Origin: a virus
IMG/VR virus record: IMGVR_UViG_3300027797_000016
Coordinates: 1 to 64,000 of that record
DNA: 64,000 nucleotides
Reading direction: 5' to 3' (one strand)
The notes below the pieces were generated by a model, which ran no database searches, was not told the origin of the DNA, and saw nothing but the letters and a program-made list of their open reading frames with translations. This document shows positions 1 to 10,387 of the stretch, piece after piece (within the stretch, counting starts at the first letter, position 1; each line of letters begins with the position of its first letter). The translations under genes were made by a program, and so were the position numbers.

Positions 1-202
1 TATTTTGAGAAATTTTTTGTAGCAAATCTTAATTTACTACCGCATTATATATCAATACTATTAAAAATCCAATAGGCACCCACACAATTTTTGGATATCT
101 TATTACCCACCCTGCAAGTACAACTCTGTAGAAATTCCAGTAAGGTCTCCTACGATTATATCTGCGGGGGTTTCGAGGACTTATCATACTGCCGGAAAAA
201 TT

Positions 203-559
203 TTATCTATTTCTTATGTTTGTTGCTCTATCACACCATCTCAAATTCTTGATATCATTGTTCAGTTTATTTCTGTCTATATGATCTACTTCTGTATAAC
301 TGTGGATATTATCTAACAATGTTTCTACAATCAATCTATGAACATATTCTTTAATTTGGTAAAGGGTTTTGCCTTTTTCATTTTTAATGGATATATTAAC
401 AGAAGCATATTGTCGAGTATAAGCACCTCCTCGAAGAAATTGTTTAACCTCTATTAAATCTTTTTGATGCATACCATCAAAGAATTTATGCGGTTCTCTA
501 AAAACTTTACCATCCTCAGTGATATAATATCCTGCGAACTTTGTGAGGTGTTTTTTCAT
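203..559 (-). CDS. HNH endonuclease (NUMOD4/HNH type); likely start MKKHL at 559
   Basis: YYITEDGKVF N-terminus, YVHRLIVETL, VDHIDRNKLNN..NLRW HNH motif. Confidence 0.85.
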   Translation of the reverse strand: MKKHLTKFAGYYITEDGKVFREPHKFFDGMHQKDLIEVKQFLRGGAYTRQYASVNISIKNEKGKTLYQIKEYVHRLIVETLLDNIHSYTEVDHIDRNKLNNDIKNLRWCDRATNIRNR

Positions 560-699
560 ACTCCGGAAAAATTTTATGAAAGAGAGATATAGGTCGAAAA
601 AGACATACAGTGTAGGTTGGTAGGGACCCAAAAATAATAACGCCCCCCGCCCCGCAACGCCAAAATATAAACAATAAACAAACAATCAGGATACTGTCG

Positions 700-1060
700 A
701 ATAACGAATAACTCACTGACGACGAATAAGTGTTTTATTCGTGTTGTTTTATACTAATTGCCATTAAAAACACTCACAAACACACAAAACACCACGAATA
801 AACTATATTTTGTAGAGTTCTTTATACTAACTGCCACCATAAAGTGTAAGAAATATACAAAACACTACGAATAAACTATATTTTGTAGAGTTCTTTATAC
901 TAACTGCCACCATAAAGTGTAAGAAATATACAAAACACTAGAGTTCTTTATACTAACTGCCACCATAAAGTGTAAGAAATATACAAAACACTAGAGTTCT
1001 TTATACTAACTGCCATTAAAAACACTCACAAACACACAAAACACCACGAATAAACTATAA
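700..1060. repeat. Tandem repeat array A (units of 73, 73, 53, 53 bp)
   Basis: AGAGTTCTTTATACTAACTGCCA at 814, 887, 940, 993 and a degenerate copy near 741-763; ACGAATA at 704, 722, 794, 867, 1046. Confidence 0.95.
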
Positions 1061-1132
1061 AATCTCACGAAGATATAGACTTATGCTTACTGTTATGCCA
1101 GTGATCTAACAATTCTGCAATGTAATTCTATT

Positions 1133-1300
1133 TTACCATCGCTCATTGAGATCTTCAACATAACTTTCGATTGATTCATTAGACTCAAGATCAAAGAGTT
1201 TGTTCCAATCTATTTGATGTGGATTAAAATCACTCATCGCATCAATCTCCAACGTAATGCGATACTTATTCTTTTGTGCTAAGAGATACGAATGAGACAT
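1133..1300 (-). CDS. Small hypothetical protein, 55 aa (not in ORF track)
   Basis: Manual translation MSHSYLLAQKNKYRITLEIDAMSDFNPHQIDWNKLFDLESNESIESYVEDLNERW*. Confidence 0.7.
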   Translation of the reverse strand: MSHSYLLAQKNKYRITLEIDAMSDFNPHQIDWNKLFDLESNESIESYVEDLNERW

Positions 1301-1502
1301 AAGACGAAGAGAAGAATTAACTGCTTTAACGTAATCCTAAACGAACTTATCCTTTCTGTCAAGTTCTTTTCTTTACACGAAACTTGAGATACAACAATAT
1401 GACTCTTTATTACAAAAACTTATAAAGAGTTTAAACGAATTGAATTATAAACGAATATCTTCTACTTGTCAATGAGTGTATATGCTTCTATGAGAAAACA
1501 TT

Positions 1503-1898
1503 ATACGAAACTTCTTCAATAACGAATGAACTTTGAGACTCTTTATATCAAAAATGAATATAAGAATCTGTCATACGAAATCTTATCTAATAACGAATGA
1601 ACTTTGAGACTCTTTATATCAAAAATGAATATAAGAATCTGTCATACGAAATCTTATCTAATAACGAATGAACTTTGAAATCTTATTTCCTGTGTGCTGT
1701 TCTATTATAAGAAAGCATACGAAATCTTATCTAATAACGAATGAACTTTGAGATTCATTATGATTAGAATTGGATATAAGAAATTGAGTAGACGCAAAGT
1801 ATCTAATAACGAATGAATTGTATAAGACCTGATATCATATCAAAGATGATATGAGAATTCTTATACTTCAATTACCTAATAACGAATGAACTTGGCAC
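1503..1898. repeat. Tandem repeat array B: six copies of a ~38-bp core with 71-73 bp period
   Basis: CATACGAAATCTTATCTAATAACGAATGAACTTTGA(G/A)A at 1572, 1643, 1716; degenerate copies at ~1503, ~1788, ~1861. Confidence 0.95.
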
Positions 1899-2450
1899 AT
1901 CGAGAAACATATAGTTAAACTCTGTTCGCCTTTTATATGTTGAGTGGTAATATAAAGATACTTAGAAATCAGGATTTACAGGGAATCTTATGTGGTCCAT
2001 ATAAAAGTCTTATCTCATCGGGTAAACCGCCTATTGTGCTTTTTGGAATAAGATTGTGTATGTGCCCTGAGTGTAAGTATTCTCAGTTCATTTATTTATA
2101 CCACATCTTTTCCGTTTTGTCAAAGTATTGTTAAGATATTCAAATATAAGGTATAAGGTGTCTGCATACCTAAGAGAGTTTATAAGTGTGCTGTGAGGGC
2201 ATATAGAGGTGTCTGGGAGTGTTCTATAAGTATCATTGAATCCCTGTGAAATCTTATGTTTTTGGGAGTTCTGGGGGAATTGATTATACTCCCTCTCCTC
2301 CCACCCTATAAATCTAGCACGGTGGCGGTGAGACTTATGAGTCCAGTGTGCGGTCTGTGAAGTGTCTGTGTCTCATAAGTCTCAGGAATACATAGCAAAA
2401 AAGGTGCGAGACTCATAGTTCTTATGAGTCTTGTGAGTCTTATGTGTCCT

Positions 2451-2508
2451 TGTGCCAGTATTTTATGTGTCCGGGGGTGTTGACATTTTTGAGAAAGCGT
2501 GTTATAAT
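2451..2508 (+). promoter_or_regulatory. Perfect consensus sigma70 promoter with extended -10 and upstream box pair
   Basis: TTGACA 2480-2485, 17-bp spacer, TGnTATAAT (-10 at 2503-2508); TGTGCCAG...GTGTCC box pair at 2451-2472. Confidence 0.9.
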
Positions 2509-2540
2509 ACGTCGGCCAAGATCACTATAAGATCTCACAT

Positions 2541-2600
2541 TTATAAACACTCATAAACACTCATAAACACTCATAAACACTCATAAAGATTCATAAGAAT
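2541..2600. repeat. 10-bp tandem repeat (TCATAAACAC)n
   Basis: Four copies of ATAAACACTC followed by two degenerate copies. Confidence 0.95.
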
Positions 2601-2786
2601 ATCAAAAACACTCATCAACACACATAAAGACTTAATGATTATAAAGACTCTATGCGTTTAAAGACATAAAGTCTTTGTTTTACACTTTCTTTTTCATTTC
2701 ACGTTTTCCACAGGAGGAAAACTTTTACACCATACAACTTTCACACCATATAGATACAATCATTAGGTATAAGATATTAACAACCA

Positions 2787-3329
2787 ATGGAGACACGATT
2801 TAAGTTCTTGAATGAAATTGAAGGACTAGAAGATTTCACAAACTATGCAGTAGATACTCTAGGTAATGTTTGGTCCTTTAAGAATAATAAACAGAAAATA
2901 CTTAAACATAACTGGAGATATAAGAGTAAAGGCAACTCTTATGGTAAATGCATTGCTCTAATGAGTAATAAAGGAAAGAGAAAACCATTCACGATACAAA
3001 GATTAGTTGCTATTGCCTTTATTCCAACTGATGACACAAATCGTAAAGTCAGACACATTAACGGAGACTTAAATGATAACAGTGTGCCTAATCTAGAATG
3101 GACTTATCCTATTCCCAAAAGAAAAGAATCTGAATATAAACAAACAAAGGTTAAGGTAGACAACTTTATCATTGAAAAAGATTTACTGAATAAGATTAAA
3201 CAAGTTCACACTGCATCTATACTGAAAGGTTTACCAGTTCCTGATACAAATGCCTTTCTGAATAATATAGTTGAAGGATCATTGGATGAGTATATTATGA
3301 GATATGGATTAAGGCGTTTAATGATATAA
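2787..3329 (+). CDS. HNH endonuclease-like protein (NUMOD4/HNH)
   Basis: YAVDTLGNVWS, IQRLVAIAFIP, VRHINGDLNDNSVPNLEW; the only convincing plus-strand gene. Confidence 0.85.
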   Translation: METRFKFLNEIEGLEDFTNYAVDTLGNVWSFKNNKQKILKHNWRYKSKGNSYGKCIALMSNKGKRKPFTIQRLVAIAFIPTDDTNRKVRHINGDLNDNSVPNLEWTYPIPKRKESEYKQTKVKVDNFIIEKDLLNKIKQVHTASILKGLPVPDTNAFLNNIVEGSLDEYIMRYGLRRLMI

Positions 3330-3643
3330 GGATTCTGGATCAATCTCTTTCATAACTTTTGTATAAAGATCTATTGCTGCTTCATTACAATTATCTTCTT
3401 TAAGTTTGATGATATAATAATCAAGTGCCTCTACGATTGCTTGAGTTTTTAGTTCTTCCCACGTTGGTAATGTCATTGTTTATTCAGGATAGAGAATGTC
3501 GTTCACTATTTGGCGAAACTTATCTGCATCTACTACACATTCATAAGACAGTTGCGGATCTTCGATATCATACTGTTTCATCTCCAGAGTATGAATCACA
3601 TCATTCATAATTTCAGTCAATGCGAAAAGTTTGTCTGAGTCAG

Positions 3644-3844
3644 TCATGATGATTCAGGAATAAAAGTCTTTTCAGTGATCACATCAAACTCATCAGTCAT
3701 CTTTACATAATTCCATTCATCTTCATCCTCACCTTCTTGATAACAATGAATGATACCATCTTCATCTTGTTTTACATAGCAACCATCGTAATCTTCATCA
3801 TCATAAACATAACCATCTGCAATGAGTTGTTGAATGAAAGTCAT
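3644..3844 (-). CDS. Acidic hypothetical protein
   Basis: ORF track; in co-directional early array. Confidence 0.7.
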   Translation of the reverse strand: MTFIQQLIADGYVYDDEDYDGCYVKQDEDGIIHCYQEGEDEDEWNYVKMTDEFDVITEKTFIPESS

Positions 3845-3988
3845 TTGAGAATGTGCAAAAAAGAAAATGAGAGAGATTACCAGTCTCTCTCATATAATCA
3901 CCATACACCATTTGATTGAATTATTCATACTCTACGATGTCACTTTCTTGTATAGTAGAGGCGAACATCTTCCTCTCTGTATTATACT

Positions 3989-4402
3989 CTAAAAAGAAGA
4001 ACTAAACATATAACCATCTACAAAGTCAAAGTCATAATACAGATTTTGCTTCCAAGTTGCTTCCCAATCAATTACCAAATCAACAGGAAGATCATTATAC
4101 ATATTTTCGCTATAGTATTCTTCAGCAAAGTCAGCACCAGAATTATAAACTCCATAGTATGCTTCTTCAACGTGATCGACATAAGAAACATCACCGTGAT
4201 GTTCAATAAAAGTATCAACTACATCATAACCAATACTTTCACCAGTGCGAACATACTCATCATAATATGCAACAAAGGCATCCTCATTATAATCATCAAT
4301 GAACTTAAGAGCAGCATCTAAATCATACTCACCCTCTTCAATAAACTCTACGGTTTGGGGTTGAAGAACTTCTTTGTAATTAGCAGTTAAAGTGATAGTC
4401 AT
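3989..4402 (-). CDS. Acidic ArdA-like (antirestriction/DNA-mimic) protein, paralog 1
   Basis: Very acidic; AYYGVYNSGADFAEEYY...IDWEATW...GYMF resembles the ArdA C-terminal pattern; paralog of 11055..11489. Confidence 0.5.
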   Translation of the reverse strand: MTITLTANYKEVLQPQTVEFIEEGEYDLDAALKFIDDYNEDAFVAYYDEYVRTGESIGYDVVDTFIEHHGDVSYVDHVEEAYYGVYNSGADFAEEYYSENMYNDLPVDLVIDWEATWKQNLYYDFDFVDGYMFSSSF

Positions 4403-4443
4403 TTTGTTTGATGAGTGAGTGTGAATAAGTTTGTGTATGTGTA

Positions 4444-4650
4444 TCAGACCTTCATTTTTGCAAGATCTTTCATGCAGTTAGGCATCATCTCCTGAACATA
4501 CTCATAAAAGTAAGAGTTATTCATTGATGAAAGTTGTTGACGTTCTGCATCTTCGCTTCCATCAGTAAACTCTGACTCAGTATCAATCAGGCAGTCAATA
4601 TACCAGTCGATTAAGATTTGACGTTGTGCTTTAGTCAGGAAACTAGTCAT
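4444..4650 (-). CDS. Hypothetical protein
   Basis: ORF track; ATGA overlap with upstream gene. Confidence 0.7.
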   Translation of the reverse strand: MTSFLTKAQRQILIDWYIDCLIDTESEFTDGSEDAERQQLSSMNNSYFYEYVQEMMPNCMKDLAKMKV

Positions 4651-4859
4651 TTAGCAGACTTTACAAAAAGAGAATCCATTACACACAATGAAAGATCAAA
4701 AAGAACATCATCATCAACTTGTCCTAAAGTTGATATAATTGCATCAGGAACAACTTCATGTAGAAATTTTACCCAACGTTCATCATTAAGAATATACTCA
4801 ACAACTTCTGGCGCAAGAGCATCTGAAAGAGATTGAACTGTTTGATTTGAAAGTGCCAT
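4647..4859 (-). CDS. Hypothetical protein
   Basis: ORF track; in early array. Confidence 0.7.
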   Translation of the reverse strand: MALSNQTVQSLSDALAPEVVEYILNDERWVKFLHEVVPDAIISTLGQVDDDVLFDLSLCVMDSLFVKSAK

Positions 4860-5307
4860 TATTTTGAAGATTTGAGAATTGCCTGTGCGATCAGAAGTAA
4901 TTCATTACCATCAATTGCTTTTGACAGTAGATCAAGTTTAACTTTCTTTTTCATAATTAGTTGCCCATTACTTTGTCAAACATTGAATCATAAGCATCTT
5001 CACTTAACCAATCAGGAATCTCAGAACCAGAATGAAATTCAATCAGTGCTTGCAAAACTTCTACTTCTTCAATAGTGAATCGGAAAATCAATTCTTCTTT
5101 GTTCATTTCAGGCACCGATCAGTTGTTGAACTTCATCAAGAGACTTACATTGCCCTGCCTTAATTGCATTAGTAATTGAATAAGTCACAAACCCACATTG
5201 TTGAGTTGAAGGATCGCAAATTGCATATCCTTTCTCTTGAGTTTGAATGTCGAAAACAGTTTTAATCAGCATTGAATGTTGTGGTTTGGAGAAAAGAAAA
5301 GAATCAG

Positions 5308-5481
5308 TTAGACCAATGCAAGAGCATCTTTCTTTTGCCTTGGATTGGAAACTTGCTTCATCCAAGAAGACTTGCGATTGGAATTAAGTTGCGAAGGAAG
5401 TTTTTGTTTGCCTTGCACTTCATTGATAAGATCAATGAAGGAAAGAAAGAATTGACGTTCCATTCTTTGGGCGACAGACAT
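5308..5481 (-). CDS. Small hypothetical protein, 57 aa (not in ORF track)
   Basis: Manual translation MSVAQRMERQFFLSFIDLINEVQGKQKLPSQ...DALALV*; first ORF after a promoter cassette. Confidence 0.7.
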   Translation of the reverse strand: MSVAQRMERQFFLSFIDLINEVQGKQKLPSQLNSNRKSSWMKQVSNPRQKKDALALV

Positions 5482-5491
5482 TTGAAATTAG

Positions 5492-5602
5492 AATTAAGAT
5501 TGGGACTCGGGTGGGACAGGCACCCCTGCTCCCTCCACCCCTTTAATATACCACATTTTCAGGTCTGTGCCCGTTGAGTGTGCCAGCACAACAAGTGGCA
5601 CA
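5492..5602 (-). promoter_or_regulatory. Early promoter cassette (long subtype) with conserved 5' leader
   Basis: TGTGCCA-N10-TGGCACA palindrome 5579-5602, TGTGGTATATT extended -10, leader GTCCCACCCGAGTCCCAA. Confidence 0.85.
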
Positions 5603-5774
5603 AGGTATAAGAGACTCAGGTAAGATGCCCGAGAAAGTGGATGCCCTATAAGGTCGTTATATCCAGGATCGACCCATACCCCGCAGGGGACGCCAGACCG
5701 CCTCACAGGGGCACCTAGGGGGCGCTGACGGGCGTCTAGGGGGGGCGGTCAGGGGCACGGACACATTGGGGATA

Positions 5775-6020
5775 CTACTCACCTTGAGATTGGGATTCAA
5801 TATCCCAATGATGTTTCCAATCATAGTCTTCATAGTATCCACTTTTCACAATATCATCATAAACAGTGGGAAGATTATGAATCTTTGCTTTATCTCTATT
5901 TCGAAGTTCTACTTCATCATCTTGAATTATACCACCAAGTTGTTTGATTTCATTAAATGTCTTTGGTCTTCGATATGGGTAATAATCAGAAGAATTACCG
6001 TTGCGTTGAGTGTCTGACAT
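5775..6020 (-). CDS. Hypothetical protein
   Basis: ORF track; AAGGA Shine-Dalgarno upstream. Confidence 0.65.
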   Translation of the reverse strand: MSDTQRNGNSSDYYPYRRPKTFNEIKQLGGIIQDDEVELRNRDKAKIHNLPTVYDDIVKSGYYEDYDWKHHWDIESQSQGE

Positions 6021-6032
6021 AATTAAATTCCT

Positions 6033-6299
6033 TTACCAATCATACTTCCTGAACTGATCCTCTACATTTCCATCAGCATCAAACATTACATAAGCAACAT
6101 CATTGTATTGTTCCTTAATCAATTTCAGCAAATCTACCAAACAAGGGAGACTTTCTTCAATATAAAACTCATACATTTCTGGATCAGTATTCACCATAGA
6201 ACTAGTATCACTGTGAGTATAAGAAACCTTATCAACCTTTGGTCCCTCCAAAGGATGAAGATGTGCTGTTGAGAGTGTGAGGATTTTGGAGATTTCCAT
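6033..6299 (-). CDS. Hypothetical protein (LSTAH motif family)
   Basis: LTLSTAHL...YVMFDADG...YDW pattern seen in phage/plasmid hypotheticals. Confidence 0.7.
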   Translation of the reverse strand: MEISKILTLSTAHLHPLEGPKVDKVSYTHSDTSSMVNTDPEMYEFYIEESLPCLVDLLKLIKEQYNDVAYVMFDADGNVEDQFRKYDW

Positions 6300-6301
6300 A
6301 T

Positions 6302-6538
6302 TTAGTGAGTGTTAAGAACGTGAACAAAATCCAGGGAGACTACACACCAACCAGTGGCATCTGTCACCTCTTCGACTAGAGCATCAGCAACTTCCCCATC
6401 ATCATTTTCATTGTCAACTTCCACCTCAAAGACATTACCAAGCACAGAATCTATCACAGATTGTTGGTGTTCGAGAGTGAAATCTTCATCATCAAAATCA
6501 AACAGAACTTCAGTAACTTGTAGAGTGAGAGTAGTCAT
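6302..6538 (-). CDS. Acidic hypothetical protein
   Basis: ORF track; TDATGWCV motif. Confidence 0.7.
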   Translation of the reverse strand: MTTLTLQVTEVLFDFDDEDFTLEHQQSVIDSVLGNVFEVEVDNENDDGEVADALVEEVTDATGWCVVSLDFVHVLNTH

Positions 6539-7167
6539 TAGAAACGGATAACAGGGTGGTTTACATCAAGAACATCTTGAGTATTGTCTACAAAGACTAA
6601 CCCAACATCCAGTTGATAATACTCATCAAGAAGATCATTCCAGATAGCAACATCCTGATTGAGTTGTTCTTCGTTAAGTTTTTGAAGTTCGGCAAGAAGT
6701 TCTTTGTAAGTCATTTTGTTTGTGAAAGAATGGTGACTTCAGTAACGTCGGGGTTTGACTTTAACAGTCGATTGAGTAATCGTTTTCGGTTTTCTAAAGA
6801 GTTGATGATAACTTCTTCAGCAACTGTATCTTCATAAGAGAACCTAACTTTGTAAATCATCTCAGTGAGTGTTAAGAATGTGGTGTGGGATTACAGTTGA
6901 GACAGCACCCACATCATTGCAGAAACTTCTTCTTTACTATTCCAACCATTTACATCTTCAGTCATATTTCCATTTGGTCTTATGATTGCAACCTCATAAG
7001 TATTCTCATTGATGTTGCCATAAAGACCACAATTTGGTGGTCCAGCAACTACAGAAATCTCCCAATCATTTTCAAATACATGCCTTGCTGCAATCGCATT
7101 TGGAATACCATTTAGGTGTGGTTGAAAGTTGAGAAGATCAAACATTGGAAGAAAAGGTAAAAAGAAT

Positions 7168-7743
7168 TTAGTTAAACAGTTTGGCACAGATAGGTCCAAT
7201 TCCCATTTGTACTGAGAGAGGATCATTCAGTGTGCGACCACAAATCGAACAAGATCCAGATTCGTGCCCGTAAATCTTTGCAAGTTGCATAAGATTTTCA
7301 TTAGCGTCTTCCAGAAGATTTTTAACATCTTCAGAAGCATTGCCAATCAACTCACCGTTATGAGTGATTTTAGCAACATATTGCCTGTTTTCATAAACAT
7401 AAACACAACCAATGTTTTGTCCTTGATTTACGGTTGAAAGAGTGATACCAGGCAGTCGCACTTGAAACTTACTGCGCTTTGCACCTGCACTATACATTTT
7501 CGTCACCAGATCATAATACTCACCGCGAATAGCAGGAGTTTCTGCATCAATCACATCTTGAGTTGCAAGATAGTGCATCCAGGCAATTTGATTCACACTT
7601 GCTTTCTTTTTATCAAGCAAATCATTCACAAAAGTATTATAGTTCATTTCCTTTGCAAGATACTGCTTAACATCTTCCAGAGACTCAAACTTGCTCTCAA
7701 AGTTGATGTCTTGACCTTTTTTAACAACAGTGAAAGAATTCAT
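7168..7743 (-). CDS. DUF6011-like zinc-finger protein
   Basis: C-terminal CSICGRTLNDPLSVQMGIGPICA. Confidence 0.75.
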   Translation of the reverse strand: MNSFTVVKKGQDINFESKFESLEDVKQYLAKEMNYNTFVNDLLDKKKASVNQIAWMHYLATQDVIDAETPAIRGEYYDLVTKMYSAGAKRSKFQVRLPGITLSTVNQGQNIGCVYVYENRQYVAKITHNGELIGNASEDVKNLLEDANENLMQLAKIYGHESGSCSICGRTLNDPLSVQMGIGPICAKLFN

Positions 7744-7759
7744 GAGAAGAAATAAACAA

Positions 7760-7853
7760 TGGGACTCGGGTGGGACTTGCTCCCTCCACTCCTTAAGAAT
7801 ACCACAATTAAGTCGCTGTGCCCGTTGAGTGTGCCAGTGGTATTAGTGGCACA
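7760..7853 (-). promoter_or_regulatory. Early promoter cassette (long subtype)
   Basis: Near-identical to 9203-9297; palindrome 7830-7853. Confidence 0.85.
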
Positions 7854-8416
7854 TCTCAACACTGGACTCACTGATTGTTGGATATAATATCAGCAATCGT
7901 GTAAAGTGTATTTGCGGTTATAGTCTTAACTTGATGAGAAAAAATAAATGCAAGTGCAAAGACAACAAGTATCATTTTCATCTTATTTGGTGCCTTGAAT
8001 GTAAGAGTTTTAGTTTTCATCAGGCACAGACTTTTGTAAGAGGTTTGAAGTCATAACCATAATTACCTTCAACTGCCTCATAAACAATTACATTTTCACC
8101 AGACAGTTCTACACTCCAATTCATTGCATCTTCTTTTGCATCATAAAGATCATCGTGCCATTCGGCATCTTCTAGATCAAAACTTACAGGACAAATAACA
8201 AACATTGGAATGTAGAATAGAGGACTTTTTAACAGAAAAAAGAATGAATCAACCTTCAGCGTTTTCTTGATTCACTTCATTTTGATCAGGAACAATTACA
8301 TTTAGAATCTCCAGAAGTTGAGTTCCAGTTGCACCGTTGCGAAGCATATCAAGCATCATGTCGCGGGAGAAATCAACAGTCATTTGAGTTAGAATTAAGT
8401 TGGAAGTTTGTGAAGG

Positions 8417-8495
8417 GGCGGACCTCTCCACCCCTTAAGAATACCACATTTTCAGGTCTGTGCCCGTTTACTGTGCCAGTGGTATTAGTGGCACA
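8417..8495 (-). promoter_or_regulatory. Early promoter cassette (long subtype)
   Basis: Palindrome 8472-8495, TGTGGTATTCT -10. Confidence 0.85.
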
Positions 8496-8503
8496 GGGCA
8501 TCA

Positions 8504-9178
8504 TCAAACTCCGCAGAGTTGACGTTGTTGACTACCTGATGCTTGGCGATGCAAAGAAACACCAGCACCTACAACACTACCAGAATAAGCACCTTCACCG
8601 CTTGCACCATTCATTCTACGAGCGCGACCAAATCGCATTGTAGAAAGTTTGCTACTCACTGCTTTTGCATCATCGTGAACTCGATTTTCTTCTTCTTTCA
8701 TTTCACGCAGACGCAGTGCAACTTTATCTGCAAATGCCTTGCGGAAATTAAGTTTGAAGGACCGAGATACAGATTTACCAGTAATGTCTGCCATTACTTT
8801 TTCTGCTTGATGTGCGACTTCTGCCTCTTTCTCCATCACCTGAACCAGATAATCATAATAGAGACGCACTTGGATTTGTTGTGCCTCACTACCAATGATT
8901 TGTAGAGATTTTACATCGCCATTTTTCATATATGCTTTTGCATCATAGAAAGTTGCAATCGCATTGAGAAGAGTCGTAAGTGCAACATTCACACGTTTGA
9001 AATTGATGAATGACTCATCAAGAACTTGAGTTTCAGTTGCCTCAGTAATCGTAATTCCATACTGTTTACACAGTTTATCAATTAAATTTGCGGCAGCAGA
9101 TGCTTCCCCATCAAAAGAAGTTCCCTCTTGAAGTTTGAGAATTGATTGAATCTTTGCAATAATTTGCTTGCGATCCAT
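8504..9178 (-). CDS. DUF2786-like domain protein
   Basis: IIAKIQSILKL...GEASAAANLIDKLCKQYGI N-terminus; SFKLNF..AF..V..RL. Confidence 0.75.
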   Translation of the reverse strand: MDRKQIIAKIQSILKLQEGTSFDGEASAAANLIDKLCKQYGITITEATETQVLDESFINFKRVNVALTTLLNAIATFYDAKAYMKNGDVKSLQIIGSEAQQIQVRLYYDYLVQVMEKEAEVAHQAEKVMADITGKSVSRSFKLNFRKAFADKVALRLREMKEEENRVHDDAKAVSSKLSTMRFGRARRMNGASGEGAYSGSVVGAGVSLHRQASGSQQRQLCGV

Positions 9179-9202
9179 AATGAAAAAAATAAAGAATTAA
9201 GA

Positions 9203-9297
9203 TTGGGACTCGGGTGGGACCTGCTCCCTCCACTCCTTAAGAATACCACAATTAAGTCGCTGTGCCCGTTTAGTGTGCCAGCACAACAAGTGGCACA
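9203..9297 (-). promoter_or_regulatory. Early promoter cassette (long subtype)
   Basis: Palindrome 9274-9297 plus shared leader. Confidence 0.85.
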
Positions 9298-9317
9298 CGG
9301 TATATGAGACTCAACCT

Positions 9318-9651
9318 TCAAAAATTGTAATCGTGAAACTTTTCCCAACCACCCTGAAGAACAGAAGATTGAGAACCTGTCATCACAAACTTTTGAGGAT
9401 TCTTACGATAAGTGAACTTTCTCACAACTCCATTTACATCATCACTAAACTCCCATTGTTGAGAGTGTTGATTGCTGCAATGTCCTGCAAATCCACCTGC
9501 TTCAATTTCAGGTTTCCAATCAGGATGTAGAGTTGCTTGAGAGTCTCGAACTGATATAGTCTTAGGTGTAATTTTAATCACCACACCAGGAAATATATCA
9601 CTACCAATAGAGTAATGAACTCGATCATTAACTAGAAAAGTGTCAGTCATT
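9318..9651 (-). CDS. Hypothetical protein (probable start MTDTF)
   Basis: ORF track; YSIGSDIFP...FHDYNF. Confidence 0.7.
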
Positions 9652-9900
9652 TCAGTTGTTCTGTAGAACATCCTCAAGCAGCAGTTTGTGAATACGATCT
9701 GCCTCTATAAGTTCATCTTCATCCAGTTCATCCCACTCTACCCAATCATAGGCAGATCCTGCGGTTTCATAAGAACCGTCAGGCAACAGATTAGCATACA
9801 TCAGCACTCGTTGATTGTTGGCATCCAGTTTATAGGTGCAACCATTGAGTTGAGAGATGACAAAAACCATTTGATTAAAGAATAAAGAATGAGACTTGAA

Positions 9901-9983
9901 TGGGACCAGACCCCTCCACTCCTTAAGAATACCACATTCAAGTCTCAGTGCCCGTTTACTGTGCCAGTGCTACAAGTGGCACA
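9901..9983 (-). promoter_or_regulatory. Early promoter cassette overlapping the 3' end of ORF 9956..10387
   Basis: Palindrome 9960-9983. Confidence 0.85.
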
Positions 9984-10387
9984 TTGCTGATGTAGTTTTG
10001 GATCAAATCCGTGGTAGTAATGTATTTGCCATCCTTACCCAGATAAGCAACATCAACCTCAACACCATCACGACTATCAATACTGGCGGATTTAATCTCC
10101 ACAAATCGAGATGTCATCACAGGAACAAATTGATCCACCAACCAATCCCAAACCTCACTATTACTATTATATTCTTCAGTATCACATTCAATCAAAATGA
10201 CATCATCATTTTGGTGAACATAAGCACCGAAATCTACATCGACTTTACCATTCTCTTCACCAAACTCATCAAAGATAGAGTTTTGCTCTTCTACACATCG
10301 AACTGAAATAGCATCCAAATAAGATTGAAGATTGAATCCATCAACAACCGTAAGAGTGGCAGTAGAAACAAATTGAGTGTAAGACAT
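9956..10387 (-). CDS. Acidic hypothetical protein
   Basis: ORF track; C-terminus VPLVALAQ* is encoded by the promoter palindrome. Confidence 0.7.
   Translation of the reverse strand: MSYTQFVSTATLTVVDGFNLQSYLDAISVRCVEEQNSIFDEFGEENGKVDVDFGAYVHQNDDVILIECDTEEYNSNSEVWDWLVDQFVPVMTSRFVEIKSASIDSRDGVEVDVAYLGKDGKYITTTDLIQNYISNVPLVALAQ

Noticed and set aside
1503-1898. CRISPR array (38-bp repeats with 33-35 bp spacers)
   Set aside because: The first two spacers are identical, all spacers share TAT(A/G)AGA at a similar position, the repeat is not palindromic and decays at both ends, and no cas gene is present. A degenerate tandem repeat fits better; a spacer BLAST would settle it.
5494-5842. ORFs 5494..5706 and 5657..5842
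   Set aside because: They run through the GC-rich island and promoter cassette with atypical composition; likely spurious
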